Positions 9,925 through 19,721 of a stretch of 64,000 nucleotides of DNA are shown piece by piece. Source of the stretch: an uncultured Candidatus Saccharibacteria bacterium. GTDB lineage: Bacteria > Patescibacteriota > Dojkabacteria > J137. Each line of letters opens with the position of its first letter. Position 1 is the first letter of the stretch. Below the pieces are notes generated by a model. The model did no database searches. It saw only the letters and a program-made list of their open reading frames with translations, and was not told the DNA's origin. Where the stretch lies: NCBI GenBank assembly GCA_965230975.1, contig OZ246402.1, positions 864,859 to 928,858 of the forward strand. Direction: 5' to 3'. Position numbers and translations under genes: made by a program.

Positions 9925-10881
9925 TTACCTCCACTCAAAGCCCCTTCCCAAGTGCCCCCACTGTGCAGTTTGGTAGTACTGCGGGTTTCTTAACTTTAAC
10001 AAATCAATAATCCCTTGAGGTGTTAAGTCATAATCATGAATTTCTACCTCTTTACCATCTACAATTGCAACAGCCATAACTGGCTTGGCAACACCAATGG
10101 AGTAGGCAAGCTTTGTATGCACCTCTTTAGCATTAAATTTCAATAAGTAATCAACAGCAATACGCCTTGCAATATATGCACCACTTCTATCAACCTTAGT
10201 ACCATCCTTACCACTAAAAGCTCCACCACCAATAGGAATTCTAGGGCCATAATTATCAACAGCCAGCTTTCTACCTGTAACACCCGCATCTGCGTCAAAA
10301 CCTCCAATATTCCAATCTCCAGCTGGGTTAATAAAATATTCCTTAGCATTTGGAATAACATTTTTAACCTCTGAAAGTAGGGTAGACCTATCTACATTTT
10401 GAAAAGAAGCAACTACTGCAATCACATTACCCTTATCATCTAAAGTAACTTGAGTTTTACCATCAAAAGGGTATTTTGAATAAATACTTTTAGCTAACTT
10501 TCTTGCCAGAAAATATTCTTGGGGCATAAATTCAGAATTTTCATTACAAGCATAGCCAATCATAATTCCTTGGTCTCCCGCACCACCAATATCAACACCT
10601 TGTGCAATTTGAGAAGACTGCTTAGCTAGATTTATTGCAAACTTGTAATCTTTTAATTCAGGAAAGTGCTTTAAGATAGTACTTTTAATCTTTGCATTTG
10701 ATAACAACGCATTAGTTGTCACCTCCCCAGTAATAGTAATTTGACCATGACCACCCATAGTCTCCACCGCAACTCTAGAGTGTGGGTCTTTTTGCAAACA
10801 TAAATCTAAAATTAAATCCGAGATTTGATCACAAATCTTATCTGGATGCCTTGGCGTAACGCACTCTGCTGTATACAACAT
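9925..10881 (-). CDS. metK: S-adenosylmethionine synthetase
   Basis: ECVTPRHPDKICDQISD, GAGDQG, DAGVTGRK, GGGAFSGKDGTKVDRSGAY; real start is probably the ATG at 10881, since the listed extension runs through the terminator. Confidence 0.96.
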   Translation of the reverse strand: MLYTAECVTPRHPDKICDQISDLILDLCLQKDPHSRVAVETMGGHGQITITGEVTTNALLSNAKIKSTILKHFPELKDYKFAINLAKQSSQIAQGVDIGGAGDQGIMIGYACNENSEFMPQEYFLARKLAKSIYSKYPFDGKTQVTLDDKGNVIAVVASFQNVDRSTLLSEVKNVIPNAKEYFINPAGDWNIGGFDADAGVTGRKLAVDNYGPRIPIGGGAFSGKDGTKVDRSGAYIARRIAVDYLLKFNAKEVHTKLAYSIGVAKPVMAVAIVDGKEVEIHDYDLTPQGIIDLLKLRNPQYYQTAQWGHLGRGFEWR

Positions 10882-10964
10882 ATAAAAATAATAAAAATTT
10901 AAATTACTTAAGCAAAATCTAGGGGCTGTATTTAATAGTAAGAACTTAATTGCAATAAAAATTG

Positions 10965-10990
10965 CAAAAAAATCTTCCCAATAGGGAAGA
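10965..10990 (-). terminator. Intrinsic terminator in the SAM riboswitch expression platform
   Basis: Minus strand TCTTCCC-TATT-GGGAAGA followed by TTTTTTT, between the aptamer and the metK start. Confidence 0.8.
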
Positions 10991-11003
10991 GTAATGTTTT
11001 GCA

Positions 11004-11106
11004 ATCATCTTTCCCAGTATGGGCTAGAAGTAGCACCTTAAAGTTTTTAATTTCAGGTTGCTGGCAGGTTATTGGGCTAGTTCCCTCGCTGCGCTCTAGA
11101 TATTTG
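11004..11106 (-). promoter_or_regulatory. SAM-I (S-box) riboswitch
   Basis: Minus strand ATATCTAGAG...GAGGGAACTAGCCC...CAGCAACC...AGGTGCTA...GAAAGATG matches the S-box consensus blocks; lies upstream of metK. Confidence 0.85.
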
Positions 11107-11197
11107 ATTAAGTTGTGTTTAAATTCTAACTCTAATCGTAAAAAAAAGGAAGATTAAAATCTATTAATAATTAATAGAAGTTTAAAAGTTTAATGAT

Positions 11198-12613
11198 TTA
11201 GCTAGAAAATGGATTAGTTGTATTCTTTGGTCTATAGAAAAATACCAATCTAATAATATAAGCAATAGCCAATATCACACCCAAAATTGTTGCAATTAAC
11301 AAAGCAATTAGTATTGTATTAGATGTACCTTGGGCCGGGAATAGTCCGGCAAAAAAACCTACCAAAGGATCACTTGTTTGGTTGTTGCCTGTATTATTAT
11401 TTACAGATGTATTATTGTTAGTTTGTGTCTCAGAAGTTGTTGTAGTACTTCCAGTATTAGAATTCTGACCAGTAGGCTGATTAGTTTGACCCGTGGTTGA
11501 AGTAGTTTCTGTTTCATTTGAACTAGTATCAACTGCTTCATTATTATTATTTGCTATACTCCCTGAATTTGAAGTGTTGTTGCTAGCAGTATTGTTGCTA
11601 TTTGTATTAGTGTTATTAGCATTAGTACCAGTATTATTATTAGGCTGAGTCGTTTCATTTGGATCAGAAACACTGCCAGATGAGCCAATACCAGTATTTA
11701 AGCATTGAATGCTACACGAATCTGTATTATTTTGATTACCATCATCACATTGCTCAGATCCATTTTTAATTCCATCTCCACATTTAGCTCCTTGAACAGT
11801 TTGAGATGTGCAAGTAGCCGAGCAATAGTTGCAAGTAGAACCATAATTTGCCTGGCATGCAACTCCATTATTAGTAGCATTATCACATTGTTCGCTACCT
11901 CCAACAACACCATCTCCACATTTATTTCCTTGCAAAGTTATAGTTGTACAAGAAGCAGAGCAATAGTTGCAACTAGAGTTATAACCAGGCTGACATAATT
12001 TCCCATTATTTGCCCCAGCATCGCATTGCTCGCTACCACCACTAACCCCATCTCCACAAACATTTGTAACTACATTTTTAAAGTTTAATACTAAATTACC
12101 ATACCCATTTGATGCTAATCTGTTTGGGTAACCCAAAGTACTACCTTCGGCAATACTTAAAGTAGTACTTTGAGCTGAATTATTTTTAATTTTGAAATTA
12201 AAAGTCACCAAAGTATTTCCAGCAGTAAAAGATGACTCTCCAGTTATCGCAACATCTACTGTAATCACTCCTGTTGTATTATTAATATTCTTATTTAAAG
12301 CTAATAGATTTGAGGCTTCACTTATCAATACACCTTCCAAATATGTTGGGTCATAGTTTAAGACAACTTCCGCAACTTTATCTGATTCAACATTTTGTGC
12401 ACTTAAATTTACTGAGAAATTAGTGTTCACTGGCTGATCCACTAATGTTGCCGGTGAAGCTAGTTGCAAGACAAGTTTACCTGTATTTGCCGCAGAGCTG
12501 TTGTCTGGAGCAATATTGTTTCTAAGCAAAAAAAAGTAAACTGAGAATAAAACTAATGTAATTAATGCTGCTATTAAAAATATATTTCCAGGATTAATTT
12601 TAAATTTATTCAT
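11198..12613 (-). CDS. Surface protein: cohesin-like domain, CGDG/EQCD Cys-rich repeats, N/T/S linker, C-terminal TM helix
   Basis: N-terminal TM; VLNYDP cohesin-like strand; three CGDG...EQCD repeats (DUF4215/Myxococcus Cys-rich type). Confidence 0.75.
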   Translation of the reverse strand: MNKFKINPGNIFLIAALITLVLFSVYFFLLRNNIAPDNSSAANTGKLVLQLASPATLVDQPVNTNFSVNLSAQNVESDKVAEVVLNYDPTYLEGVLISEASNLLALNKNINNTTGVITVDVAITGESSFTAGNTLVTFNFKIKNNSAQSTTLSIAEGSTLGYPNRLASNGYGNLVLNFKNVVTNVCGDGVSGGSEQCDAGANNGKLCQPGYNSSCNYCSASCTTITLQGNKCGDGVVGGSEQCDNATNNGVACQANYGSTCNYCSATCTSQTVQGAKCGDGIKNGSEQCDDGNQNNTDSCSIQCLNTGIGSSGSVSDPNETTQPNNNTGTNANNTNTNSNNTASNNTSNSGSIANNNNEAVDTSSNETETTSTTGQTNQPTGQNSNTGSTTTTSETQTNNNTSVNNNTGNNQTSDPLVGFFAGLFPAQGTSNTILIALLIATILGVILAIAYIIRLVFFYRPKNTTNPFSS

Positions 12614-12869
12614 TTAGTTTAATTAATTTATAAGAAATCAAAATTTTGTTTATATTGTTTGGCGATTAATAATAGTTACATTCTATTGTACTATGTGCAA
12701 TCAAAGCAAATTTTTCTATTATCTATACTTAACTACCAATAGCTAATATAGGTAATAGTTTTGACAATAATTAAAAAGAAAGCTGTGTAAATATTTTGTA
12801 AATATTATGCAAAGCTTTATTAGTTAGTATGTAAATGAGCTATTTTAACTTCTGAAAATATAAATTAAC

Positions 12870-13268
12870 TTACTCTATAATTTCTAAAGGTGTGACAGAT
12901 TTATCTACTGTGAATACATCTTTATAATTATTAACTTCAAAAAGACTATCTATGTTAATAACTTTATAATTTGAATTAGTTGAGTGATTTGTAACAGTAT
13001 AAGTACAAGAAGCGCCATCAATTGTTACTGTACCACTGCCTAAATAATTTCTGTTTAGTGTTATTCTTAACAAAGCCTCGTCTAAACAACTCTGCACATT
13101 AGATTTTGCACGGTTTAAATTCAAATAGTTTCTAGAAACTGAAGCAGAATCAATACTTAAGTAAACAACAGAAATACCTGTTACAACTAAAACCGTTGCC
13201 ATAACTAGTAAAGTAGTTAAAGCAACTACACCACTATACTTTTTTTTAAAATCTACTTTTACAACCAT
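12870..13268 (-). CDS. PilX-like minor pilin
   Basis: SG|VVALTTLLVM prepilin-like helix lacking Glu5; last gene of the pilus cluster. Confidence 0.65.
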   Translation of the reverse strand: MVVKVDFKKKYSGVVALTTLLVMATVLVVTGISVVYLSIDSASVSRNYLNLNRAKSNVQSCLDEALLRITLNRNYLGSGTVTIDGASCTYTVTNHSTNSNYKVINIDSLFEVNNYKDVFTVDKSVTPLEIIE

Positions 13269-13269
13269 A

Positions 13270-13794
13270 CTAATCTCCTAAAATATAAAAAGAATTAGTA
13301 ATAGTCCTATCCTTTCTAGGCTCAGAATTATTTTCAACATAAATCGACAAATTTATTTTAATACCAATAATATTAGTCAATGTTGTATCAGATGTATAAA
13401 CTGGAGTTATATTAAACTTATTAACAAAAACCTCTACTGGCGTAATAGGGCTTGTGGTTGTACCTTTTGTAATTACCAATCTATTTTGCGCTATTTTAAA
13501 TTCTACAGTTTCTCCATTTTTTAAAATTGCATTCAAAACTCCGTTATCACTATCAAAAGCAGAATTAATAGATACAACGGTTTGAATATTTGATAGATTA
13601 GTTTCTAAAACTTGATTTGCGAAAATCATTGCGTTATCTAATCTTGTAGATGTATTTGTGCTTGAATTAATTTGCCTTATAGATATTGAGAATTCAATAA
13701 TCATTACAAATATTAAAGCAAATAACGCCATGTAAACCACAACTTCTATTAATGTAAATGCTTTTAATTTTTTATTAACTAATTTATTTACCAT
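13270..13794 (-). CDS. Minor pilin (PilW/PulJ-like)
   Basis: KA|FTLIEVVVYM type IV prepilin motif. Confidence 0.8.
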   Translation of the reverse strand: MVNKLVNKKLKAFTLIEVVVYMALFALIFVMIIEFSISIRQINSSTNTSTRLDNAMIFANQVLETNLSNIQTVVSINSAFDSDNGVLNAILKNGETVEFKIAQNRLVITKGTTTSPITPVEVFVNKFNITPVYTSDTTLTNIIGIKINLSIYVENNSEPRKDRTITNSFYILGD

Positions 13795-15730
13795 AATTTA
13801 AAGTAATATCTGTAAGTAGGGGAGTGCTAATTTTATCGGATGTAAAAAATGCTTTATATTGTATATATCTTTTTCCATGCAAAATTGAGGGTAATACCTC
13901 TCCATTGTTATTTGTAAAATATGTAGATGAAGTTCCATCTGGACCTACCCAAACTCCATCACTTAAATTTGACTGATTACCGGTTTTTATTTGGAACTTT
14001 AAATCAGTTAATGCAGGTACTGTTTCAGTCCATTTTAATAAATAGTAATATACTTTAGACGTGCCAATATCTATTATGTTTGATGTGTACTCACCCAAAG
14101 CCATATAGCCATTTCCGCTTACACCAGAATTATCCCCACCTTTAATTATTCTAAATTCCGAATTTGCATCATTACTTATTACGTATGTAAATCTTTCATT
14201 TAGTGGGGGGGTAACAACCGAGGTGACCCCATTTAAAGGTATATCTGTATTTAATCCACCGCATCTAACCAAATTATTATTATTTTCAATATTTACTACT
14301 TGATATTCTTCTCCATTTGCCCCAACAATAATTGCTTTATTATCTATTACAGTAACTCCATTAACACTCATTCCATTGGTGTCGTAACTACCAATTACCG
14401 GCATTCCATTCTTTTTTACAGATGTATCTATAATAAAAAATTCATTAGAAGATGAGGCAGATGTTGTTCCAATATAAACCCTTGATCCATCTTCATTAAC
14501 AAAAAGGTCGTTTGATTGCTGATAATTTACATCAGAATTGCCTACCAAAGACATGCTACTTGGATTAGTTATATTTACCACTACAAGCTCATACCAATCG
14601 TTATACAAACTAATGAATGCATAGTTGCCCCTAATTTCTATTTCAGATGCAATGCCTACAAAAAACCCATATAGTCCTTTTGCAACAGTAATAGAGCTTA
14701 ATTGAGGTCTTGAACCGGTTTTACTTGTTAAATCAAATGATCGTAGTTCCTTACCTTGAATTACATACCCAACATTTCCTTTAATATAAACGCTTTCTGC
14801 ATCTGTTGTACCACTAGCATTAAAGTATCCTACCTCAGTAAATGGTGTTGTTGTAACGTTTACAATAACAACCTCTTTTGAATCATTAGTTGTTGCTAGA
14901 TATGCATAGTTACCATCTGAAAAGATTGATTTTGTTTCATAACCTGTAAAAGTACCTTGAACATTTACAACAGCAGGATTAGTAGAGTGATTAATATCTA
15001 TACCTTGTAAAGACGAGGTTGTTGAAGAGCTACCTAAATATGCCTTACCGGGGATAGAGCTAATTAATGTTGGAATTCCAGAACCCGGCAAATTATATGT
15101 TGTTTGTGTAAACTCTGGTCTGCACCAATCAGAATATAAAACGGATTGTAACCTAACCGCTCCATCTCCAACCGTTGAATCAACAAAAGTTCCGGTTTTA
15201 GTTCCGTCATTAAACTCTAAAGTTGTTGTCTCAGTAAGATTTGTAGTGTTCCAATTTGTTAGGTAAATATTATTAGATACAGTATTTAATTCTCCAAAAG
15301 AATCCGTCCAAGTTACAGAAATCTCGGCATTTTTTGTTCCATAATCAATAGTACCTCCACTAGTAACAATATTTAAAGATGAATCTCTATAAACCGGCTT
15401 CAATGTAAAGCTAATGTTTAAACCACTTTCAGCATCACTTCCATCCAATATTGAAAGTCTGTTATTAACTAAAGCTAAGTGTTTAGGCTGATCAAAAGGA
15501 ATATCCATAATACTTTTCCAACTATCATTTTTTAATGCTTGGAGGGTACTTACCAACTCATTAATCTTAATACCCGCATTAACTCTTTCCCACTTATTTA
15601 AGTTGTATCTAGAGGCCTCTAAGCTAAACGATATAACACTTAATACGATTATGCTTGCCAATCCTATCGTTAATACAAGCTCGGTTAAGCTAAATGCTTT
15701 AATTTTTTTGAAATTCAACAAGTCCTTCAT
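13784..15730 (-). CDS. Large minor pilin with LVIVD-repeat (beta-propeller-like) domain
   Basis: KA|FSLTEL prepilin motif; repeats GNYAYL..EVVIVNV, GNYAFI..ELVVVNI, EFFIID; likely ATG at 15730. Confidence 0.75.
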   Translation of the reverse strand: MKDLLNFKKIKAFSLTELVLTIGLASIIVLSVISFSLEASRYNLNKWERVNAGIKINELVSTLQALKNDSWKSIMDIPFDQPKHLALVNNRLSILDGSDAESGLNISFTLKPVYRDSSLNIVTSGGTIDYGTKNAEISVTWTDSFGELNTVSNNIYLTNWNTTNLTETTTLEFNDGTKTGTFVDSTVGDGAVRLQSVLYSDWCRPEFTQTTYNLPGSGIPTLISSIPGKAYLGSSSTTSSLQGIDINHSTNPAVVNVQGTFTGYETKSIFSDGNYAYLATTNDSKEVVIVNVTTTPFTEVGYFNASGTTDAESVYIKGNVGYVIQGKELRSFDLTSKTGSRPQLSSITVAKGLYGFFVGIASEIEIRGNYAFISLYNDWYELVVVNITNPSSMSLVGNSDVNYQQSNDLFVNEDGSRVYIGTTSASSSNEFFIIDTSVKKNGMPVIGSYDTNGMSVNGVTVIDNKAIIVGANGEEYQVVNIENNNNLVRCGGLNTDIPLNGVTSVVTPPLNERFTYVISNDANSEFRIIKGGDNSGVSGNGYMALGEYTSNIIDIGTSKVYYYLLKWTETVPALTDLKFQIKTGNQSNLSDGVWVGPDGTSSTYFTNNNGEVLPSILHGKRYIQYKAFFTSDKISTPLLTDITLNYGK

Positions 15731-16148
15731 TATTGATTGAAACAGTATAACTTTCATCACCATTAGATAAAGTAATATTCCCCGTAGTATTAGGTTTTAA
15801 ATTATTTTTAGCAAAAAGAATCTCATTTGAAGCATTACCTAAATTTAAATTACTTATACTTATATTACCTGGGAAAGTAATTGTTTCTGTAACTACTAAA
15901 TTAGAAGTATCTGACCCTGCTAGTATTGAATAATTTGTATTATTAAGTCTAATGCCATAGGCTTTATCATTTTCAGAAGAAAATGCATCTTGTTGTATTT
16001 TAAAAATGGCAGATGCAAGATTTGCGGACTCAGATGATAAATTACCATTTCTAATAGTTCCAATTGTAAATGGGAACAGAATTACTGCAAAGAAGCTCAT
16101 TAAGGCTAAAGTTATTAATATTTCTATTAAGGTAAATGCTTTTACCAT
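15699..16148 (-). CDS. Minor pilin (FimT/GspH-like)
   Basis: KA|FTLIEIL motif; C-terminal ITL...VSINNEGLV. Confidence 0.8.
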   Translation of the reverse strand: MVKAFTLIEILITLALMSFFAVILFPFTIGTIRNGNLSSESANLASAIFKIQQDAFSSENDKAYGIRLNNTNYSILAGSDTSNLVVTETITFPGNISISNLNLGNASNEILFAKNNLKPNTTGNITLSNGDESYTVSINNEGLVEFQKN

Positions 16149-16162
16149 ATTGTTGTTTGAAT

Positions 16163-17248
16163 TTAGTTATTAATACTTCCGGTTAACTGGTAGATTGGAG
16201 TAATAATTAATAGAGCTAGTGCACCAATCATTCCTCCGGCAAAAATAAGTAAAAGTGGCTCAAGCAATGTTGTAAGGTTACTACTTAAATCTAATACCTC
16301 TTCTGTATAAAAGTCGTATAGATAATTTAAGTTATCTTCTAAGTTCCCAGTCTTTTCACCTGTCTCAATTAATTTTACAAAAGTCGGTGGGAATAATTTG
16401 GGGAACGAACCAATAGATTCAAATAAATTCTTACCATCTTTTGTCATTTCATTCATTTTTTGCAATGCATTTTTATAGTATCTATTTCCAATAGTATCGG
16501 ATGCAATTACCAATGCTTTTTGAAATGGAACACCACTTTGTAATAAAATCCCCAATGTTCTAGAAAAATTAGCAAGTATCTGTTTCTTATTTATTTCTTT
16601 GAATATAGGAACATTTAGGGCCATAAAATCTTTAAAAGCCCCGCCTGCATTTGAAGGTAAAAACAATTTAAAAAACAAAACATAAAAAATTCCCAACCCA
16701 ATCAAAACCTGCGGCCAATAGTCTCTTAAAAAAGCGGAGAAATCTAAAATAGCAAGCGTTAACGGCGGAACTTCTGCTAATCCTCTAAATACACTTTCAA
16801 GCTTTGGCAAAATAAAAAATATTACGCCAACCATCTCTATAATTGTTAGTCCAAAAATAATAAGTGGGTATGTTGTAGAACCTTTAATTTTTCTGTTTAG
16901 TTCGTATTGTTTTTTTAAATATTGTGCCAAAAATATTAAGTTTTGCTCTAAAGTACCTCCCTGTTCACCAATGTCTACTATAGATACGACCATTTTAGAA
17001 AAGATTTTTGGGTATCTTTTCATAGCCTCGGTTAATGATTTACCACTAACAACATCTTTTTGAATATCACTGTATACTTTTTTTAAATAGGGGTCTTCTA
17101 CCTGTTTTACTAAAACCTCAAGTGATTCATCTATGGCTAAGCCGGACCCAATCATTGTGACTAAATGCTTCATGGATAAAGCAATATCTACAGGTGAAAC
17201 TGAATGAAATAAAAAGATTTGTTTGTCTTTAGAAATATCTATTACCAT
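16163..17248 (-). CDS. pilC: Type IV pilus platform protein (T2SS F family)
   Basis: Two T2SSF domains: GEQGGTLE and GEKTGNLE...LEPLL. Confidence 0.9.
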   Translation of the reverse strand: MVIDISKDKQIFLFHSVSPVDIALSMKHLVTMIGSGLAIDESLEVLVKQVEDPYLKKVYSDIQKDVVSGKSLTEAMKRYPKIFSKMVVSIVDIGEQGGTLEQNLIFLAQYLKKQYELNRKIKGSTTYPLIIFGLTIIEMVGVIFFILPKLESVFRGLAEVPPLTLAILDFSAFLRDYWPQVLIGLGIFYVLFFKLFLPSNAGGAFKDFMALNVPIFKEINKKQILANFSRTLGILLQSGVPFQKALVIASDTIGNRYYKNALQKMNEMTKDGKNLFESIGSFPKLFPPTFVKLIETGEKTGNLEDNLNYLYDFYTEEVLDLSSNLTTLLEPLLLIFAGGMIGALALLIITPIYQLTGSINN

Positions 17249-17301
17249 ATAAATTTATTCTACACAAAGTGGGGGGAGAGATCAATTTTTGAAGGTTTAA
17301 T

Positions 17302-18741
17302 CTATTCTTTTAATGCAGTAACCCTGCAAACTTCTGTAATACTTGTTATCCCTTCTAATATTTTTGCAACACCGTCTTCTACAATTAGCTTTAGACCATT
17401 TTCTCTTGCCAAATCGTACAGTTCTTCTGCATTTGCAGAAATTGCAATTTGCTTTCTAATATTTTCTTTAACTTCTAACATCTCATATAAACCTATCCTT
17501 CCTTTAAAGCCTGTACCTCTACACTTTGTGCAACCTTTCTCAGAATAAACCTCTGTCCCTTCTTTTAAAAGTGATGCAATATCAGGCCTAGTTTGCTTTA
17601 AGCTTGTCAGCTCTTCTGATGTTAATTTGCTTTTTGTTTTACAATTATCACAAAGCCTTCTGGCAAGTCTTTGTGCGACAATAATATTCAAAGTACTTGC
17701 TACTAAAAACTTTTCTACACCCATATCTACCAATCTTGGGATTGTAGTTACAGCATCATTTGTGTGTAGTGTTGAAAGGACTATGTGTCCGGTCATAGCC
17801 GCGTTGATTGCGATCTTAGCAGTTTCAGAGTCTCTAATTTCACCAATCATAATTACATTTGGGTCTTGTCTTAAAATTGCTCTTAACCCATTTGCAAATG
17901 TTAAATCTACTTTGTTATTAATTTGAACATGGTTAACTCCTTCTAGGTCGTATTCAACAGGGTCTTCTACCGTTGTTATGTTAATTTCCGGTTTGCTAAT
18001 AATTTTTAAAATAGAGTAGAGAGTTGTAGTTTTTCCGGAACCAGTAGGTCCAACTGCCAAAATCATGCCGTAAGGTTTAGAGTAAGATCTTTGAATCATC
18101 TCTAATTCTTTTCCAACTATTCCTAAATCTTCTAAATTATATGATTTGCCTTCTGAAGATAGTATTCTTATTACAACCTTTTCCCCTTTTGTTATTGGTA
18201 ATATTGAAATTCTGGTATCAATTTTTTTCTCTTTGTAAATAAATGGAATACGACCGTCTAATGGAGCAAAGTGTTCATCAGTTGGTAGCTTAGCTAATAT
18301 TTTAAACTTAAACATTAAAGTAGACTCTAATGCTTTGTTTAGTTCGTATACAATTCTTAACAGACCATCTATTCTAAATCTTATAATAATTTTTTCTTCA
18401 TGTGGCTCTATGTGAATATCTGATGCGTCCGCCTGTATTGCACTATAAATTATTTCATCTATAAACTTAGTTACATCATCTACTTTGTCCACCTTAACAA
18501 CATCTGGGTTATTACCCTCAAAATTTGGGTTTGGGATTATTGCATTAGGGCTAGAAACTACCTCAGAATCACTTTTTGAATCTTTGTCTTTTTTTGTATC
18601 AACCGATTTTAGTGCAGAGTTATCTATTTTTTTATCAGACTTATCAACTTCAGATGATGAGCCCCTGGTATTATCAGGTTCATCTGTTTTATCTTCTTCT
18701 TTATCTTTTTTTGGTTTTCCAAGCTCTGTAAAAAATGACAT
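17302..18741 (-). CDS. pilB: Type IV pilus assembly ATPase (GspE/PulE family)
   Basis: ASDIHIEP, GPTGSGKTTTLY, TVEDPVEY, LRQDPNVIMIGEIRD, GHIVLSTLHTN, two CxxC motifs. Confidence 0.95.
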   Translation of the reverse strand: MSFFTELGKPKKDKEEDKTDEPDNTRGSSSEVDKSDKKIDNSALKSVDTKKDKDSKSDSEVVSSPNAIIPNPNFEGNNPDVVKVDKVDDVTKFIDEIIYSAIQADASDIHIEPHEEKIIIRFRIDGLLRIVYELNKALESTLMFKFKILAKLPTDEHFAPLDGRIPFIYKEKKIDTRISILPITKGEKVVIRILSSEGKSYNLEDLGIVGKELEMIQRSYSKPYGMILAVGPTGSGKTTTLYSILKIISKPEINITTVEDPVEYDLEGVNHVQINNKVDLTFANGLRAILRQDPNVIMIGEIRDSETAKIAINAAMTGHIVLSTLHTNDAVTTIPRLVDMGVEKFLVASTLNIIVAQRLARRLCDNCKTKSKLTSEELTSLKQTRPDIASLLKEGTEVYSEKGCTKCRGTGFKGRIGLYEMLEVKENIRKQIAISANAEELYDLARENGLKLIVEDGVAKILEGITSITEVCRVTALKE

Positions 18742-18784
18742 ACGACATTCTAATGAAAATAAAACTCAAAGTAAACACATAAAA

Positions 18785-18810
18785 AAATAGCCCCTTTTCA
18801 GGGGCTATTT
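18785..18810 (-). terminator. Intrinsic terminator after the major pilin gene
   Basis: AAATAGCCCCT-N4-AGGGGCTATTT with a minus-strand T tract. Confidence 0.85.
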
Positions 18811-18825
18811 AAGCTTTAATTCAAG

Positions 18826-19317
18826 TTATCTACTAACTAAAATTGTTTTACTATTCTCTGCACTTGGAGCATCTACTTGAACTCTGTTAGAAGCTGTTAA
18901 GCAAATTCTATATCCTGTATTTTCTGGAGTACCAGACTGAGGATCTTGAGGAATTGCTACTACAAATTCTGGAACTAATGTTGCACCTAAGTCAAGGTTA
19001 CCGGCACCACTTCCGATTGTTGCTGGTGTTGCTGAACATAGTGGAATAGTACCCAAGTCAGTCAATTGATTACCAACCTCAGATGTATATTGAGTAACAG
19101 CATTTAAAATTGTTGTTACATCAGATGACCTTGTTGTATTTCTTGCATCTGCAAAGTTTTTTGCAGGGTTAATAGCAATAATAGTGATTGCAGCAAGGAT
19201 AGCAATTAAAGCAACAACTACAAGGATTTCAACCAAAGTGAATCCGCCAACTACCTTTCTTTTGTGTAAAGGAGTTTTGTGTGCAGTTTTATGAGCAGGC
19301 TTTTTTGTTTTAGCCAT
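18826..19317 (-). CDS. pilA: Type IV major pilin
   Basis: Basic leader, GG|FTLVEILVVVALIAIL, ARNTTRSSD, IPQDP; own terminator. Confidence 0.85.
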   Translation of the reverse strand: MAKTKKPAHKTAHKTPLHKRKVVGGFTLVEILVVVALIAILAAITIIAINPAKNFADARNTTRSSDVTTILNAVTQYTSEVGNQLTDLGTIPLCSATPATIGSGAGNLDLGATLVPEFVVAIPQDPQSGTPENTGYRICLTASNRVQVDAPSAENSKTILVSR

Positions 19318-19721
19318 AAACAAAACAGTAATAAATAATTAAATTAAATATGTTTTTATATTATTCTTTTTTTTTAACGACTTCAAGTGGTAGTGTTAAT
19401 TTTTTTTGGAAATCTATAATCAATACATCTCAAATCTTTGCCAATAAAGCTTTCGAGAATTTTATATAAACAAATCATTTGACAGATTTTACTCATGGCT
19501 AACATAGATTTTAATCTACAAATAAAAACAACGGTAACACTTACTAAAAAAGGAGACCAAAGGGTTTAACTCATATTTAAAAATTGATATATTAACAGGG
19601 TAATATTCCAATGAATTTAACAGACAAAGTTTTAATTTTGTATTAAATGTATATTTAATCTTTTTTTACGCTAAAATTTAAACTATTAACTCACAAAAAA
19701 CTTCTTCTATCACTTCTTGCG

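Noticed and set aside
10882-11004. N-terminal extension of MetK
   Set aside because: Runs through the riboswitch terminator; MetK homology begins at MLYTAE (10881)
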